A DNA stretch of 64,000 bases from a bacterium (GCA_037129835.1 JBAXUE010000006.1:6157-70156), one strand, 5' to 3'. Positions 1 through 10,509 are shown, counted from the first letter of the stretch. The notes: generated by a model not told the origin, from the sequence alone. Program-made: numbers and translations.

Positions 1-48
1 TCTTCCTGTCCACTAGAAAAGGGGCATTCACAGGCTTAATATATTTAA

Positions 49-336
49 ATGAAATCATATTATGTCTATATACTATCGAATAACAGTAACAGAGTTTTTT
101 ACACCGGTATTACTTCCAATCTGGTGAGAAGAGTATACGAGCACAGAAATAAACTTGTGGAGGGTTTTACTAGTAAATACAATCTAAGCAAACTAGTCTA
201 TTTCGAGGATACGGCTAGCGTTGAAACTGCTTTAGAACGAGAAAAGAAGCTAAAGAAGTGGAGACGCAACTTCAAGATAAATCTAATTTCCAAGACCAAC
301 CCAGATTGGCATGATTTGTACGATGATATAGTATGA
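49..336 (+). CDS. Small GIY-YIG nuclease (UPF0213/COG2827-like)
   Basis: YYVYIL...FYTGIT..L.RR..EH...ALEREKKLKKWRR..K..LI...NPDW.DL pattern; TAATAT 6 nt before the ATG. Confidence 0.9.
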   Translation: MKSYYVYILSNNSNRVFYTGITSNLVRRVYEHRNKLVEGFTSKYNLSKLVYFEDTASVETALEREKKLKKWRRNFKINLISKTNPDWHDLYDDIV

Positions 337-338
337 GA

Positions 339-537
339 AGATCCCTGGTTTGCGGCCAGGGATGACAATGGGGGTTAGGATGACGGTGGGGTGATGGAGA
401 TCCTCGACCCCTTCTTTGCTCTTTGAGTTACGGGCGGGCAGGCAAGCTTGGGATGACGAAGGAGTAATACTCGGTCCGGCAGTTGCCGAACTTCGAACAA
501 TATAAAAGGAGCGCCTGAAACTAACTCAGGATGACGG
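339..537. repeat. Cluster of GGATGAC-tagged REP-like palindromes
   Basis: GGATGAC at 360, 378, 451 and 529; hairpins ATCCCTGG..CCAGGGAT (341-363) and CCTGA..TCAGG (514-530). Confidence 0.75.
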
Positions 538-553
538 TAAAGGAACCCCCCCC

Positions 554-1597
554 CTATCGCCCCATAAACCTATCGCCCAGCTTCCCAAAGAACTGATTAA
601 GCCGTCCGGTCCAAGCGAAAGTTTCTTCTAAAGACTTCAGAATAAGTTGCAGAATGGACTTCTCTTTGGTTGGTGTTACAAAGGTATAATCCTGTGATTC
701 AGTGATATTATTTCGTCTATCCTTAGATACCATCTTGTAGTGATAAGATGAAGCGGGTTTAAGCCCTTTGATAATAACTGTATGAGAATTATTGAGAGAG
801 GTATCTTCATTTGATTCATTGGAATAGTCATTTCCAAGGATTCCTTCACCATATTTTACTTGAGTAGAGGCTGGCTTGTTGGTCTGCCAAGAAACAATAA
901 TAGAAGACGTGGTATCACTTTCACCCATCGGTAATATATCCACCTTGGCATTAGTTATCTTTGGCCCTTCGGTATCTAGCGGAGTACGAATAATCTTGTC
1001 AGCATCAACTACTTCATTACCAGTCTCATCCTTGGCCACAATCTGATAATGATACTCTTGATTATCTAGAAGACTATCAACCTTAATCTGATGGGCCTTG
1101 GATACTCCTGTGATACCCCGCTTCTCACCATAAGCTGAGGTTACACCCCAATTAAGAATCGTCTCTGTATCAACATTTGTCTCCCAAGAGATTGTAACTG
1201 AATACGGAGTGACGTCTTTGACAGACATATTGCTTATTTTCGGTTTAATAACAGCCTTAAAAGAATACTCAGGTGACTGGTATTTAAAACCGTTTATATC
1301 TTCAGCAGCTACTATGTAATAATAAGTAGTCCCAGGAATTAAACCGGTTATTTGGATAACATGTCTGGTCGATATTTGATTATCAACAACTGAAAGATCC
1401 CTAGCACCAGGATATGTGCCATAATATACAGTCGCCTTAGTTGGTATAGCTGTTTCCCAGACTATCTGAGCCGTTGTGGCAGTGATGTTTCTGTCGGCAA
1501 TATTTGAAGCTTCGGGGGGGGCTGGTAAACTTACTAGAATCTGACTCAGAAGTCCAAAGCGATACCAGATTGTCTGTATAGGCGACATAACCATCAA
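554..1597 (-). CDS. C-terminal Fn3 portion of giant surface protein 1 (continuation of 1437..9089 across a frameshift at 1514-1521)
   Basis: From EASNIADRNITATTAQ onward it is highly similar to the C-terminus of the 3105-aa paralog; the first ~27 aa of this ORF are an out-of-frame artefact. Confidence 0.85.
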   Translation of the reverse strand: MMVMSPIQTIWYRFGLLSQILVSLPAPPEASNIADRNITATTAQIVWETAIPTKATVYYGTYPGARDLSVVDNQISTRHVIQITGLIPGTTYYYIVAAEDINGFKYQSPEYSFKAVIKPKISNMSVKDVTPYSVTISWETNVDTETILNWGVTSAYGEKRGITGVSKAHQIKVDSLLDNQEYHYQIVAKDETGNEVVDADKIIRTPLDTEGPKITNAKVDILPMGESDTTSSIIVSWQTNKPASTQVKYGEGILGNDYSNESNEDTSLNNSHTVIIKGLKPASSYHYKMVSKDRRNNITESQDYTFVTPTKEKSILQLILKSLEETFAWTGRLNQFFGKLGDRFMGR

Positions 1598-4500
1598 GTG
1601 AGATAGCCTTTATCTTTACCAGGTAATTAGATGACGTGCGAAGTGGTGCGATATTCACCATATGGTCACAAAGTCTCACTTCTGCAATACTACCAGTACA
1701 AGAATACTTGCCCAGGTTACTTTCATTTATCGTAGCTGGTGTTTCGGCCTGTGAACCGTTATGTTCTCCGCTCGCTAAGGTATATTCTACAATATTCGTA
1801 TTTGATGGCATATTTGTAGACCAGTGAAGTTCTGCTGACATTGTAGACATCTTTGACTCTACTTGTTTATATGTAATAGTAAATTTTTCTGTCGATGCCC
1901 TTGGTAGAATATCATAAGATCCAACCCCACTATTTGAAGCAGTTGCCGCATTACCAAGTCTATTCCTGGAATATAGTGTATATTCATACTCAGTGCCTGG
2001 CTTAAGACCCTTGATTGTCGCTGTATGGCTTTTTGTAAATTCCGTATCTCCTGCTGCAACAAAAGCATCTTCCGTACCAGCTACCCTATATTCTACTAAT
2101 GAATCTGCGTCCTGATCAGTAACCCAATGCATAGTAAGTGACGAAACGCCCCTATACGTAATGGCTGCTTTTATGCCCCCGTTTCCTGATACTGGCATTA
2201 TTTTTGGCCAAGCATCAGTCGGATTTAAACTACCCATAGACTTATCGGTAACTTCACTTAGGTTATAAGGAGCTGTCATTACGCCATTACTAGTATAAGT
2301 ATTTATTGCCTGGCCACCGATATCTTTATCTCCAGTTTCGTCAGTTGTGCCATTATTAAAAACAAATACGGAACCAGAGTCGTCAACTGCTACTAATTTA
2401 TAGTAATATTCTTTATCGGCATCTACTCCTATCCCCAATCTATCTATGTAATAATTTGTACCAAGAGAAATTTCCTGATTTTCTGGATATGGAATATCTG
2501 GGTCTATGCTCCTGAGCGGGTTAGGGTTTTGCTCTGTACATTCTGTTGCTAAACCATAAGTACATATTTGCTCATAAAAAATTCCGGAAGTTATATCTAG
2601 TTCTCCTCCTGATCTATATATTCGGTATTCCTTAAAATCGTTAGCTCCTTTTCTCTTTGGAGTAGTTATTCTTTGCCAAGTAACAATATTCCGGTATTCA
2701 TTTGTTATATTAGGCGTAGAGGGGTCTTGGTCTGGGTGGATATCTTTTACATTTACACCTGTCACAATAGCTGGTTTAGTAACATCTGGAACAATATCCC
2801 AGCCGTAGCTTTGTATGGTATTAAACACCGTTGAGTGGCTTTGCGATTCTAGAACACCAGGAGATATCTCTGGATTTGTCCCCATTGCATATATTTCGTA
2901 TGTAAACTTGTCTGCATCCTGGCCGACTGGAATAGTATCAGTAAAGCAACGTGTCCCGTACTGCTTTGGCTCAAGCTCTCCATCACTGTCTGGGTCATAT
3001 TCTTTGTCAACCTGGAAAGGTGTTGTCATTTCGCCACAGCTAGGATCACCCGAATCTCTCGTATTACCTGGAATATTTAAACCAGTAACTCTAAATTGGG
3101 TTAGTTCTATAGGGGTTGGCTCAGATTCACTATAACGAAACACCTTATAGCCAGTAATAAAATTACCAACATCTTTTATAGTCGAACCTACATACTTTAC
3201 CTTTATGTCTTTTCCAACCCTCGTATTTGATATGTTTGGATCGCCACGGACTGCCTCTACGTTGACATAATATGGTGGATTCGGATATTTATCAGATAAG
3301 GTCTCTTTTTTCTCCGCATTAGAATCAATCGCTAAAGGATTATTGTTATTACTCAGATCATAAGCCTTGATCTTGAACCAATAATAAAATGGATTTGTGG
3401 AATCTTTGGGATCTAAGTCCAAAATAGCTGCCGTAGTATTAGTTCCATTTTCCTGGACCCTATAATCTTCGTAGGGTCCCGAAGAATCGCCCTTCGCATA
3501 ATAAATTTCGTATTTTTTTATTCCTGTTCCGTTGCCTTTAGGTAAACGGGTTAGATTATTCAAATCGCTTGCTGCATTCCAAGATAGATTGATCTGCTGT
3601 CTATTATTCGGGTCTAACCCCACGGCTGACAATTCTATTCCAGCCTCTGCGTCACAAGCTGTCAGATTTCCACTGCTATCATAGTGCGCCCAACAAGGAG
3701 CGGTTACATCTTTTGTCGTTGCAGAAGTGGCATTATTCATAATCAAATCATCATCAAAGGATTCACTAATAATATTTAACAAAGGTGTTCCATTAGCATC
3801 ATACTCAAATTGATTTCCATATATATCAATCGCCATTATCCGATAATAATATTTGGTATTATCGTTCAATCGGTCTACGGCTGTTCTGGCTGGTTTTATA
3901 ATCCGTTGTTCCTCCAATGGATCACTACCACTACCCATATCTATCAATATAGTTTTTGTTACTTCTGTTTGTAAGTTTGTATCATTATCGGTGTAATCAA
4001 GACTACCGCCTGCATCATTATATCCGACTAATAAATAATCATTAAAGTTACTACTGGCCGGTACAGTAGTTCGATAATATAAATAGCCCAAAACTCCACT
4101 AGAATCACTAGGAAGGTTCAGCGGGTCTAAGGAAATCTTGATAGAAAAGTCTTCCGTACCAGACGTAGCTGTGACATTTTTTGCAAAAGTAGGTGGATTA
4201 ATGTCTACAGTGGAAATACTTAGATGCCACTTTGAAGATGTTTGCCAACTACTACGGTTACCTACGTTATCCCAGACTCGGACTCTATATGTGTAGTCTT
4301 CTGAAGGGATAATCAGATGTTTTGGGTCGGTCGAATCAACACTATCAACAAAGTCTGTTAATTGTGAATTTGAAATATTCGGGAATGATTGATATCCACA
4401 ATCTTCTTCCATAGTGACATTCAAAGCATCTTCTGGACAACTGTCCCAATCGTTTGAGATAACAGTCCTTACGTCCCCTGTTTCCATCAAAAATTTGCTC

Positions 4501-7500
4501 TTGATCCGTTGTATCTCATATTTTTCTGTTGGGGACTCTTTATAAGAAGAAAGAGGGTCTACTGAGCCAGACATAGCATTTGTGTCATTATACAAACGAC
4601 TGTTTAGCCAACCCAGCTTAACATAGTCTGTATTCGACTCAGAAATGCTTATGCCAAAATTGGAATCTTTTACAGAAGATGGTGAATTTACATCATATCC
4701 GTAATACCAGCTCTCAGAAGAGCTCGTGGTATTACCACCAAAGTCTACTGCAGTCACTTTCCACTTATGATTACCGTTTGAGAGGACGGCCTGAGCTGTA
4801 GTCGATAGAGTAGTGGAAATTTTTATCTCTTTTTCACCAACATCTGTTATATCTCCATCAGAATTCTTATCTATCCAAAGCCAATATTCTTTGATCCCTA
4901 TAGTATCACCCGCAGCAGCCCACTCAAAAATAGGGTTATTATCTGTCCCCGACCACTGAGTGGTAGGACTCACTAGCGAGAAAGCAGTAGGGGGCTCTGC
5001 GTCGAGTGTAATAGAACGAGAAGTAAGCGCAGAACTCTCATTTCCTGCCGAATCAGTAAACTTAATATATACATTCTTTGCACTTATATTAGAGTTGCTA
5101 CCGCAGCCTGCATCACTCAAATCTACAGAAACTATATTGCTATCTCTACCAGAGACAAAACTACTTCCCGAAATAGTTGTCGTGTTGCACCAACTGGTCC
5201 CATCTAAAGATATTTTATAGTTAGCAAGATTTGAACCTCCAGTATCAGTAGCTGTAACATTGAGTCGAACGGTGTTGCTGTTACTGTATGTTGTACCGTT
5301 TGTAGCAGGGGTAATAACATTACCGCTCGTATCCCAAAAGCCACTAATAGTACTGGTAGGACCCGTACTATCTACCGTGACAGCAAACTGATTACCAGCA
5401 ACATTTTCGTTTCCTCCATTAGATGAGTTATCAACTCCCCTAACTGTGTAATAGTACGTCGTATCCGTAGGAGCTGTATCTGAATAAGAAGTACCTGTCA
5501 CAACACCAGCGGTGGATATCATCGTACCAAGTTGCCCGCTAGTAGCACTACGGTATACATTATAGCTAGCAACACTGGTCGCATTGTCTGTAGCTGCTGT
5601 CCAATGGAGAGAAACTGGATTCTTAGTAGCACTCGCACCGGTAAGCTCAGCGTGTAAGTCAGAAATGGTTGTTGGTGGCTGCGAATCTACTGCAAAAGAT
5701 GTAGTTGATACTGATGTTGATAGTTCCGCCTTGTCCTTAGCAGTTATACGAACTTTCACATTACTAGAATCAACAGCCGTCGGCAATGTCCAGCTATAGC
5801 TTCCTGAGTTGGCTATATTGGAAACTATATTTGTATAATTCGCACCATTATCAGTTGTATAGTCCAAAGTAATAGGCAGCGCCTTTAAGCCAGAGCTAGC
5901 ATCTGTAATCTTGGTCGTATCCCAAGTAATGTTCTTGGTAGTGCCACCCTTCCATTTTTCACTCCCAACTGGAGAGGTTATGGCTCCAGAAGCAACTGCA
6001 GGTACTGTGGTATCAAGGGTAAGAGAAGTCCTCGAGAATGTCTCTATAGAAATATCAAAAAGGCTTGGAGTGCTAACACCACCAGTAAGAGTCGCTTGAT
6101 ATTGAATATATTGCTTTCCATCAAAGGCATCCAGACTGCTCCCGTACACTACGGCTGAAGCAGCGCCCCAGGGGACATCTGAGAAATCTGATAAATTACT
6201 AGCCCTAACTTTTAAAGTAATCCCCGTACCAGCAGGACCGCCGTTTGCAGCGACAGATTGGGTAAGATTGAGCTTACCGTAAGCGATATTCGTCGTCGTA
6301 GCATTATTGACAGAAGAAGTAAAAATCCCAGATAACATGTAAATAGGTGCGCTATCGGCGACGCAACGTACATTGAGTACGTAGCTGGTTTTATTTACAA
6401 CCCCTTCATAGTTTGAGGCAAAATTATAAGCATACGCTTCGGTAGCATTTACCGACTCTGATGTCCAATAAGCGCCATAATTAATACTTAAACCACTAAA
6501 GTTATTCCCATATGTTGTTAGTCGACCGTTATAGATCTCATGAATTTCGGCTCTGTTGGGTAGCCGTCCGGGGCCCGTGATCGATGAACAAGTAGTGCCG
6601 GCTGCGTACCAGTTTGACGCAGACGAATCCTGATAATATACATACTTTCCGGCTAAAGCTGTACCACTTCTCCCGGCTGTCCAGACTGTGTTACTACCAA
6701 GGACGATCGTTCCGCCCGTAGATACTACATTGCTCAATTCTGGATATGGTGTTCTGGCTGTAAAATCAGCGTCACTGGTCTGACGGAACGCAATTACATT
6801 CCCCGCCTTATCCATCACCTGGGCATAGACATTCCTTGCACCATCGGTACCGCTATCTTTGGCACCTTTTATAAGATTCCAAGGATAAGTACCTGCCACA
6901 TCATAAGGCATCCAACAAACAGAATTTACCGTGTCCCAATATTTCGGTGTGGTACAGTTGCCCACATTGTCAGTGACTAATCCTGCGGAATCCGTAACCG
7001 TGCCCCAGCTTGAGCCATTATTTGAAAATCTAACATAAAGATTGGCAGGTAAAGGTGAAGATTTCACTGTCCCTGTGTCTGCAGCTGTGAGGTTGAGAGT
7101 AACTTCCTGGCTTTTGGCATACTTGGAACCACTTACGTCTGTAACATTACTACCAGTAACTGTAAAGGCTGATACAGCCGGAGAGTCCTGTTCTACTATA
7201 AATGTACCAGTGACATCACTCCATGGGCTCTGTACTCCAGCGCTATCTGTAAACCTTGCTTTCCAATAATAAGTATTACCCGATGTGAGTCCCGAAACAG
7301 TCGCTGTCAGGTTTGCTTGGTCTACATTGATAGTACCAGCTACTGTCGGATTAGAAATCGTAACACCACTTGGTACACCCGCTATTCCAGTGAAGCTTGA
7401 ACTTGTTTTTAACTCGATCTGTGGGGTGATAGCACCACTTGCTGTCGGGATACCGTTGAATACTAGCTTGGCAGTGGTTTCGTTAGTCGCGCCAGTGCTA

Positions 7501-9089
7501 ATAACCATGTCATTACTTTTTTTCGTAGTCAAAGTGGTCGGTTTTTCTGCTTCATTCCAGTTCAATTTGAGACTACTCAGAGTTGGAGTACCAAGTCCAG
7601 TAGAAGACTCAAGGCGCACCATTATATCAGCGTATCTGGCATTAGGCACACTCGCAGGTATAGTGTTTGAAACATTTGTATCGCCAGCAATACTACTGGT
7701 GCCAAAATAATTTGTTGTCCAAACATTCATATCTGAGACTACCCCATTTGGGCCATACCAGATAGCGGTATTGAATTCATCCTGTGGGCCATTGCCATTT
7801 GTATCAGCTGCCACAACGCGCAATCTGTATTTAACTGCTTCATTAGTCGCGACAGTATATACAGGCTCAAAAGTCGTAAACTTCGTAAGAAGAGCACCGA
7901 CTGTGGTACCTGTATCCAACCTGAGGCCAATATTTCCGACTGCAGTACCACCCATAACAGCTGGGGACTGGGATAGTAGGTTGCTGCCGGCCACTGGATA
8001 CTGACTTATATAATATATTTTGACTATGCCAGGACCGCTCGCACCACCATAACTGACACCATTTGCACCAACATTTATACTGAGGGTTACGCCAGCAATC
8101 GCACCGCTGATAGTACCGGAGATCAGACCGCCATAGCCGCCATTACCACCACTACCACCCGAACCAGTACCACCCGTTCCCCCTGCACTACCACCACCCG
8201 ATATATTGGCCGTTAGTGTTAGTCCTGTTGAGTTTGAAATGCTTGTCTGTCCAGGTAATCCGTCGTCACCCGCAGCACCATCGGGACCATAATCTCCTCC
8301 GCCTCCTCCAGTTCCACCCCCTGCTGTATATGTGATTCCGTTATAAGAAATACTGGATGGCCCTCCGGTTCCACCACCTCTACCAGCATAATGAGAATTA
8401 TAAGAACCGCCTGCCTCGCCGCCGCCGCCGCCAGCCCCATATATTTCTAGTGTCATCAAAGATACGTCGTTAGGAACAACAAATGTTTGGTCAGACCCAA
8501 CATTAAATATCTTTGTAAGAGTCGAGTAAATGCGGACGTTGTCGTCATTACCTGCGTCTCCGGGATCAATAGTCTTACCATTTCCAGACACTATCGCCTT
8601 TGTATTATTCGTAATAGCTGCCGTGGCTCCATCGTTGTTAGTAAAATCTTCTTTGGTAGTCCAAGTCTTCGAACTAGATTTTGCCAATGCGGCAGTAGGG
8701 TCAAATTGTTTAGTTTGTTGCATAAACAATAATACTATCAAAGCGACAGCAACACTGACATATGCCCCTCTTCTTATATGTTTGGGCTGGACACGTCGTA
8801 CTTTTGTTTTATTAACGACACCAGGACTAGCTTGTACGTGAATATTAGACTGATTTGTTGTATCTCTCGTTTTATTTAAAAATAATGGTATATGCAACCG
8901 GCTAAAGAAATTGCTTATTTCCCTAAACCACAAGTATGGTCTGTGAAATATATCGATAGCAATAAGCTTAATTTTCTTAAAATTATGCTTGGATAATCTT
9001 GATTTTCCTACATTAAAATAACCGTTGGTAGGCAGCCTCCTTAAAGCTCTAAGTCTTATCCTACTTGCATGAGCTTTATAAGGTTTCAT
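1437..9089 (-). CDS. Giant surface protein/adhesin 1 (long signal region, Gly-rich domain, C-type-lectin-like DUF1566 domain, many Fn3/Ig repeats); frameshifted near its 3' end
   Basis: TM helix followed by ALA cleavage-like site, GAGGGGG Gly-rich block, GRLPNRAEI...YWTSE...VRCV lectin-like motif, repeated Y.Y.V.A.D..GN Fn3 motifs; colinear with 53214..62531. Confidence 0.85.
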   Translation of the reverse strand: MKPYKAHASRIRLRALRRLPTNGYFNVGKSRLSKHNFKKIKLIAIDIFHRPYLWFREISNFFSRLHIPLFLNKTRDTTNQSNIHVQASPGVVNKTKVRRVQPKHIRRGAYVSVAVALIVLLFMQQTKQFDPTAALAKSSSKTWTTKEDFTNNDGATAAITNNTKAIVSGNGKTIDPGDAGNDDNVRIYSTLTKIFNVGSDQTFVVPNDVSLMTLEIYGAGGGGGEAGGSYNSHYAGRGGGTGGPSSISYNGITYTAGGGTGGGGGDYGPDGAAGDDGLPGQTSISNSTGLTLTANISGGGSAGGTGGTGSGGSGGNGGYGGLISGTISGAIAGVTLSINVGANGVSYGGASGPGIVKIYYISQYPVAGSNLLSQSPAVMGGTAVGNIGLRLDTGTTVGALLTKFTTFEPVYTVATNEAVKYRLRVVAADTNGNGPQDEFNTAIWYGPNGVVSDMNVWTTNYFGTSSIAGDTNVSNTIPASVPNARYADIMVRLESSTGLGTPTLSSLKLNWNEAEKPTTLTTKKSNDMVISTGATNETTAKLVFNGIPTASGAITPQIELKTSSSFTGIAGVPSGVTISNPTVAGTINVDQANLTATVSGLTSGNTYYWKARFTDSAGVQSPWSDVTGTFIVEQDSPAVSAFTVTGSNVTDVSGSKYAKSQEVTLNLTAADTGTVKSSPLPANLYVRFSNNGSSWGTVTDSAGLVTDNVGNCTTPKYWDTVNSVCWMPYDVAGTYPWNLIKGAKDSGTDGARNVYAQVMDKAGNVIAFRQTSDADFTARTPYPELSNVVSTGGTIVLGSNTVWTAGRSGTALAGKYVYYQDSSASNWYAAGTTCSSITGPGRLPNRAEIHEIYNGRLTTYGNNFSGLSINYGAYWTSESVNATEAYAYNFASNYEGVVNKTSYVLNVRCVADSAPIYMLSGIFTSSVNNATTTNIAYGKLNLTQSVAANGGPAGTGITLKVRASNLSDFSDVPWGAASAVVYGSSLDAFDGKQYIQYQATLTGGVSTPSLFDISIETFSRTSLTLDTTVPAVASGAITSPVGSEKWKGGTTKNITWDTTKITDASSGLKALPITLDYTTDNGANYTNIVSNIANSGSYSWTLPTAVDSSNVKVRITAKDKAELSTSVSTTSFAVDSQPPTTISDLHAELTGASATKNPVSLHWTAATDNATSVASYNVYRSATSGQLGTMISTAGVVTGTSYSDTAPTDTTYYYTVRGVDNSSNGGNENVAGNQFAVTVDSTGPTSTISGFWDTSGNVITPATNGTTYSNSNTVRLNVTATDTGGSNLANYKISLDGTSWCNTTTISGSSFVSGRDSNIVSVDLSDAGCGSNSNISAKNVYIKFTDSAGNESSALTSRSITLDAEPPTAFSLVSPTTQWSGTDNNPIFEWAAAGDTIGIKEYWLWIDKNSDGDITDVGEKEIKISTTLSTTAQAVLSNGNHKWKVTAVDFGGNTTSSSESWYYGYDVNSPSSVKDSNFGISISESNTDYVKLGWLNSRLYNDTNAMSGSVDPLSSYKESPTEKYEIQRIKSKFLMETGDVRTVISNDWDSCPEDALNVTMEEDCGYQSFPNISNSQLTDFVDSVDSTDPKHLIIPSEDYTYRVRVWDNVGNRSSWQTSSKWHLSISTVDINPPTFAKNVTATSGTEDFSIKISLDPLNLPSDSSGVLGYLYYRTTVPASSNFNDYLLVGYNDAGGSLDYTDNDTNLQTEVTKTILIDMGSGSDPLEEQRIIKPARTAVDRLNDNTKYYYRIMAIDIYGNQFEYDANGTPLLNIISESFDDDLIMNNATSATTKDVTAPCWAHYDSSGNLTACDAEAGIELSAVGLDPNNRQQINLSWNAASDLNNLTRLPKGNGTGIKKYEIYYAKGDSSGPYEDYRVQENGTNTTAAILDLDPKDSTNPFYYWFKIKAYDLSNNNNPLAIDSNAEKKETLSDKYPNPPYYVNVEAVRGDPNISNTRVGKDIKVKYVGSTIKDVGNFITGYKVFRYSESEPTPIELTQFRVTGLNIPGNTRDSGDPSCGEMTTPFQVDKEYDPDSDGELEPKQYGTRCFTDTIPVGQDADKFTYEIYAMGTNPEISPGVLESQSHSTVFNTIQSYGWDIVPDVTKPAIVTGVNVKDIHPDQDPSTPNITNEYRNIVTWQRITTPKRKGANDFKEYRIYRSGGELDITSGIFYEQICTYGLATECTEQNPNPLRSIDPDIPYPENQEISLGTNYYIDRLGIGVDADKEYYYKLVAVDDSGSVFVFNNGTTDETGDKDIGGQAINTYTSNGVMTAPYNLSEVTDKSMGSLNPTDAWPKIMPVSGNGGIKAAITYRGVSSLTMHWVTDQDADSLVEYRVAGTEDAFVAAGDTEFTKSHTATIKGLKPGTEYEYTLYSRNRLGNAATASNSGVGSYDILPRASTEKFTITYKQVESKMSTMSAELHWSTNMPSNTNIVEYTLASGEHNGSQAETPATINESNLGKYSCTGSIAEVRLCDHMVNIAPLRTSSNYLVKIKAISLDGYVAYTDNLVSLWTSESDSSKFTSPPRSFKYCRQKHHCHNGSDSLGNSYTN

Positions 9090-9147
9090 TACCCTCGCCT
9101 ATTATAGATATATGATAATATATTATTATGCTGATGCAAAGAGTTTT

Positions 9148-10509
9148 TTATAGTTCAAAAACTGCTTCTTTAAACTGATTTCCTCTATCTTTATAGTTCT
9201 CAAATAAACCAAACGAAGCGGAGGCTGGTGAAAGTAGCACCACATCCCCTGATTCTGCCAGTTTCTCTACTTTTGTGATAATCTCTGACATTTTCGTCAA
9301 ACCCTCTACAATCTGTCCGTCGAACGCCTCCGGAATAGACTTTTTTATCTCTTCTGCCGTATCACCGATAATAATAATGGCTTTCACATTCGCATTGGCG
9401 ATCTTCTTGCCAAGCGCGGTAAAATCAGACTTCTTGCTGCTACCACCAGCGATGAGAATGATTGGTTCTGAAAACGAATCTAAGGCCGCTATTGCCGTCT
9501 CAGGCACAGTCGAGAAGCTATCGTTATAGTATTTAACGCCATTATGCGCCCTAACGAACTCTAGCCTATGCTCTAGACCCATAAAACCGATGAGGGTGTC
9601 AGTGACCACATCCAAGGAAACTCCCGCCACAGAGGCTGCAAGCACGGCAGCAGTAGCGTTCTCAAGATTATGTCTGCCCCTAAGCTGAAGATCGCTCGCT
9701 TTTACCCCCATTCTTTCGTTCTGATCATAATTGAGAACAATCTCATCTTTATCATTTACAAAACACCCGGCAACCTCTTTGAATCTACTAAAATATAGCT
9801 TATGAGATTTTGTCGCTTTTGTCATTTCTTTTGGAATATCATAATCGGCATTTATAACCGCATAATCACTTTCCTTTTGGAACCTTACGATATTCGCCTT
9901 TGATTGGCGATACTCTTCGGTATCTTTGTGATAATCTAGATGCTCACTTGTGACGTTGAGAAGTACTGCGATTTGAGGACTTTTTCTTGCTACTTGGAGC
10001 TGGAAAGAAGATAGCTCGAGAACCACTATAGAATCCACTTTCAAATCGTCTATAAAGGAAATAGCTGGAATGCCGATATTTCCACCGAGAAATACATCTC
10101 TGCCAGCGTGCTTCAGCATCTGATATATCATTGTCGATGTAGTGCCCTTACCTTTTGTCCCAGTAACGCCGATGATCGGCACCGGACAAAGGTCAAAGAA
10201 ATCCTCAATCTGGCTAGTAAATATAGTTCCATTCTTCTCGGCTTTTAAGATTTCTGGAATAAGAGGTGAAATCCCGGGGGTTTTATAGACAACATCAAAT
10301 TCTCCTAGGTGTTGTAGATAATCATCACCAAGAATAAGATTTTCTTCGATATATCTAGGATTTTTCTTAATGAAATCATTTCTAGACAACTTATCACAGA
10401 TGGTCGCGCTTATACCGTTTTTTTTCAAATATTCAAAAGTCGCCTGACCTTCAATACCAAAGCCAAGAACGCAAACTTGCTGATCTTTATATTTCTCGTA
10501 TAACTGCAT
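9148..10509 (-). CDS. murD: UDP-N-acetylmuramoyl-L-alanine--D-glutamate ligase
   Basis: GFGIEG, VTGTKGKGTT, GGNIG, ELSSFQL, GLEHRLE, YNDS, LLSPASASF and DRG motifs. Confidence 0.96.
   Translation of the reverse strand: MQLYEKYKDQQVCVLGFGIEGQATFEYLKKNGISATICDKLSRNDFIKKNPRYIEENLILGDDYLQHLGEFDVVYKTPGISPLIPEILKAEKNGTIFTSQIEDFFDLCPVPIIGVTGTKGKGTTSTMIYQMLKHAGRDVFLGGNIGIPAISFIDDLKVDSIVVLELSSFQLQVARKSPQIAVLLNVTSEHLDYHKDTEEYRQSKANIVRFQKESDYAVINADYDIPKEMTKATKSHKLYFSRFKEVAGCFVNDKDEIVLNYDQNERMGVKASDLQLRGRHNLENATAAVLAASVAGVSLDVVTDTLIGFMGLEHRLEFVRAHNGVKYYNDSFSTVPETAIAALDSFSEPIILIAGGSSKKSDFTALGKKIANANVKAIIIIGDTAEEIKKSIPEAFDGQIVEGLTKMSEIITKVEKLAESGDVVLLSPASASFGLFENYKDRGNQFKEAVFEL

Noticed and set aside
339-537. 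CRISPR array
   Set aside because: Repeats are only 7 bp, irregularly spaced and attached to hairpins; no cas genes in the window
546-554. C9 homopolymer at the stop codon of adhesin 1
   Set aside because: It lies essentially outside the coding sequence, so length changes would not shift a frame
6354-6683. Complete diversity-generating retroelement in this window
   Set aside because: No reverse transcriptase and no template repeat with adenine-only differences; the lectin-like copies differ at all bases and in length
1636-8841. Many 60-140 aa ORFs antisense to or inside giant protein 1
   Set aside because: Shadow frames of a Thr/Ser/Gly-rich gene; no recognisable motifs
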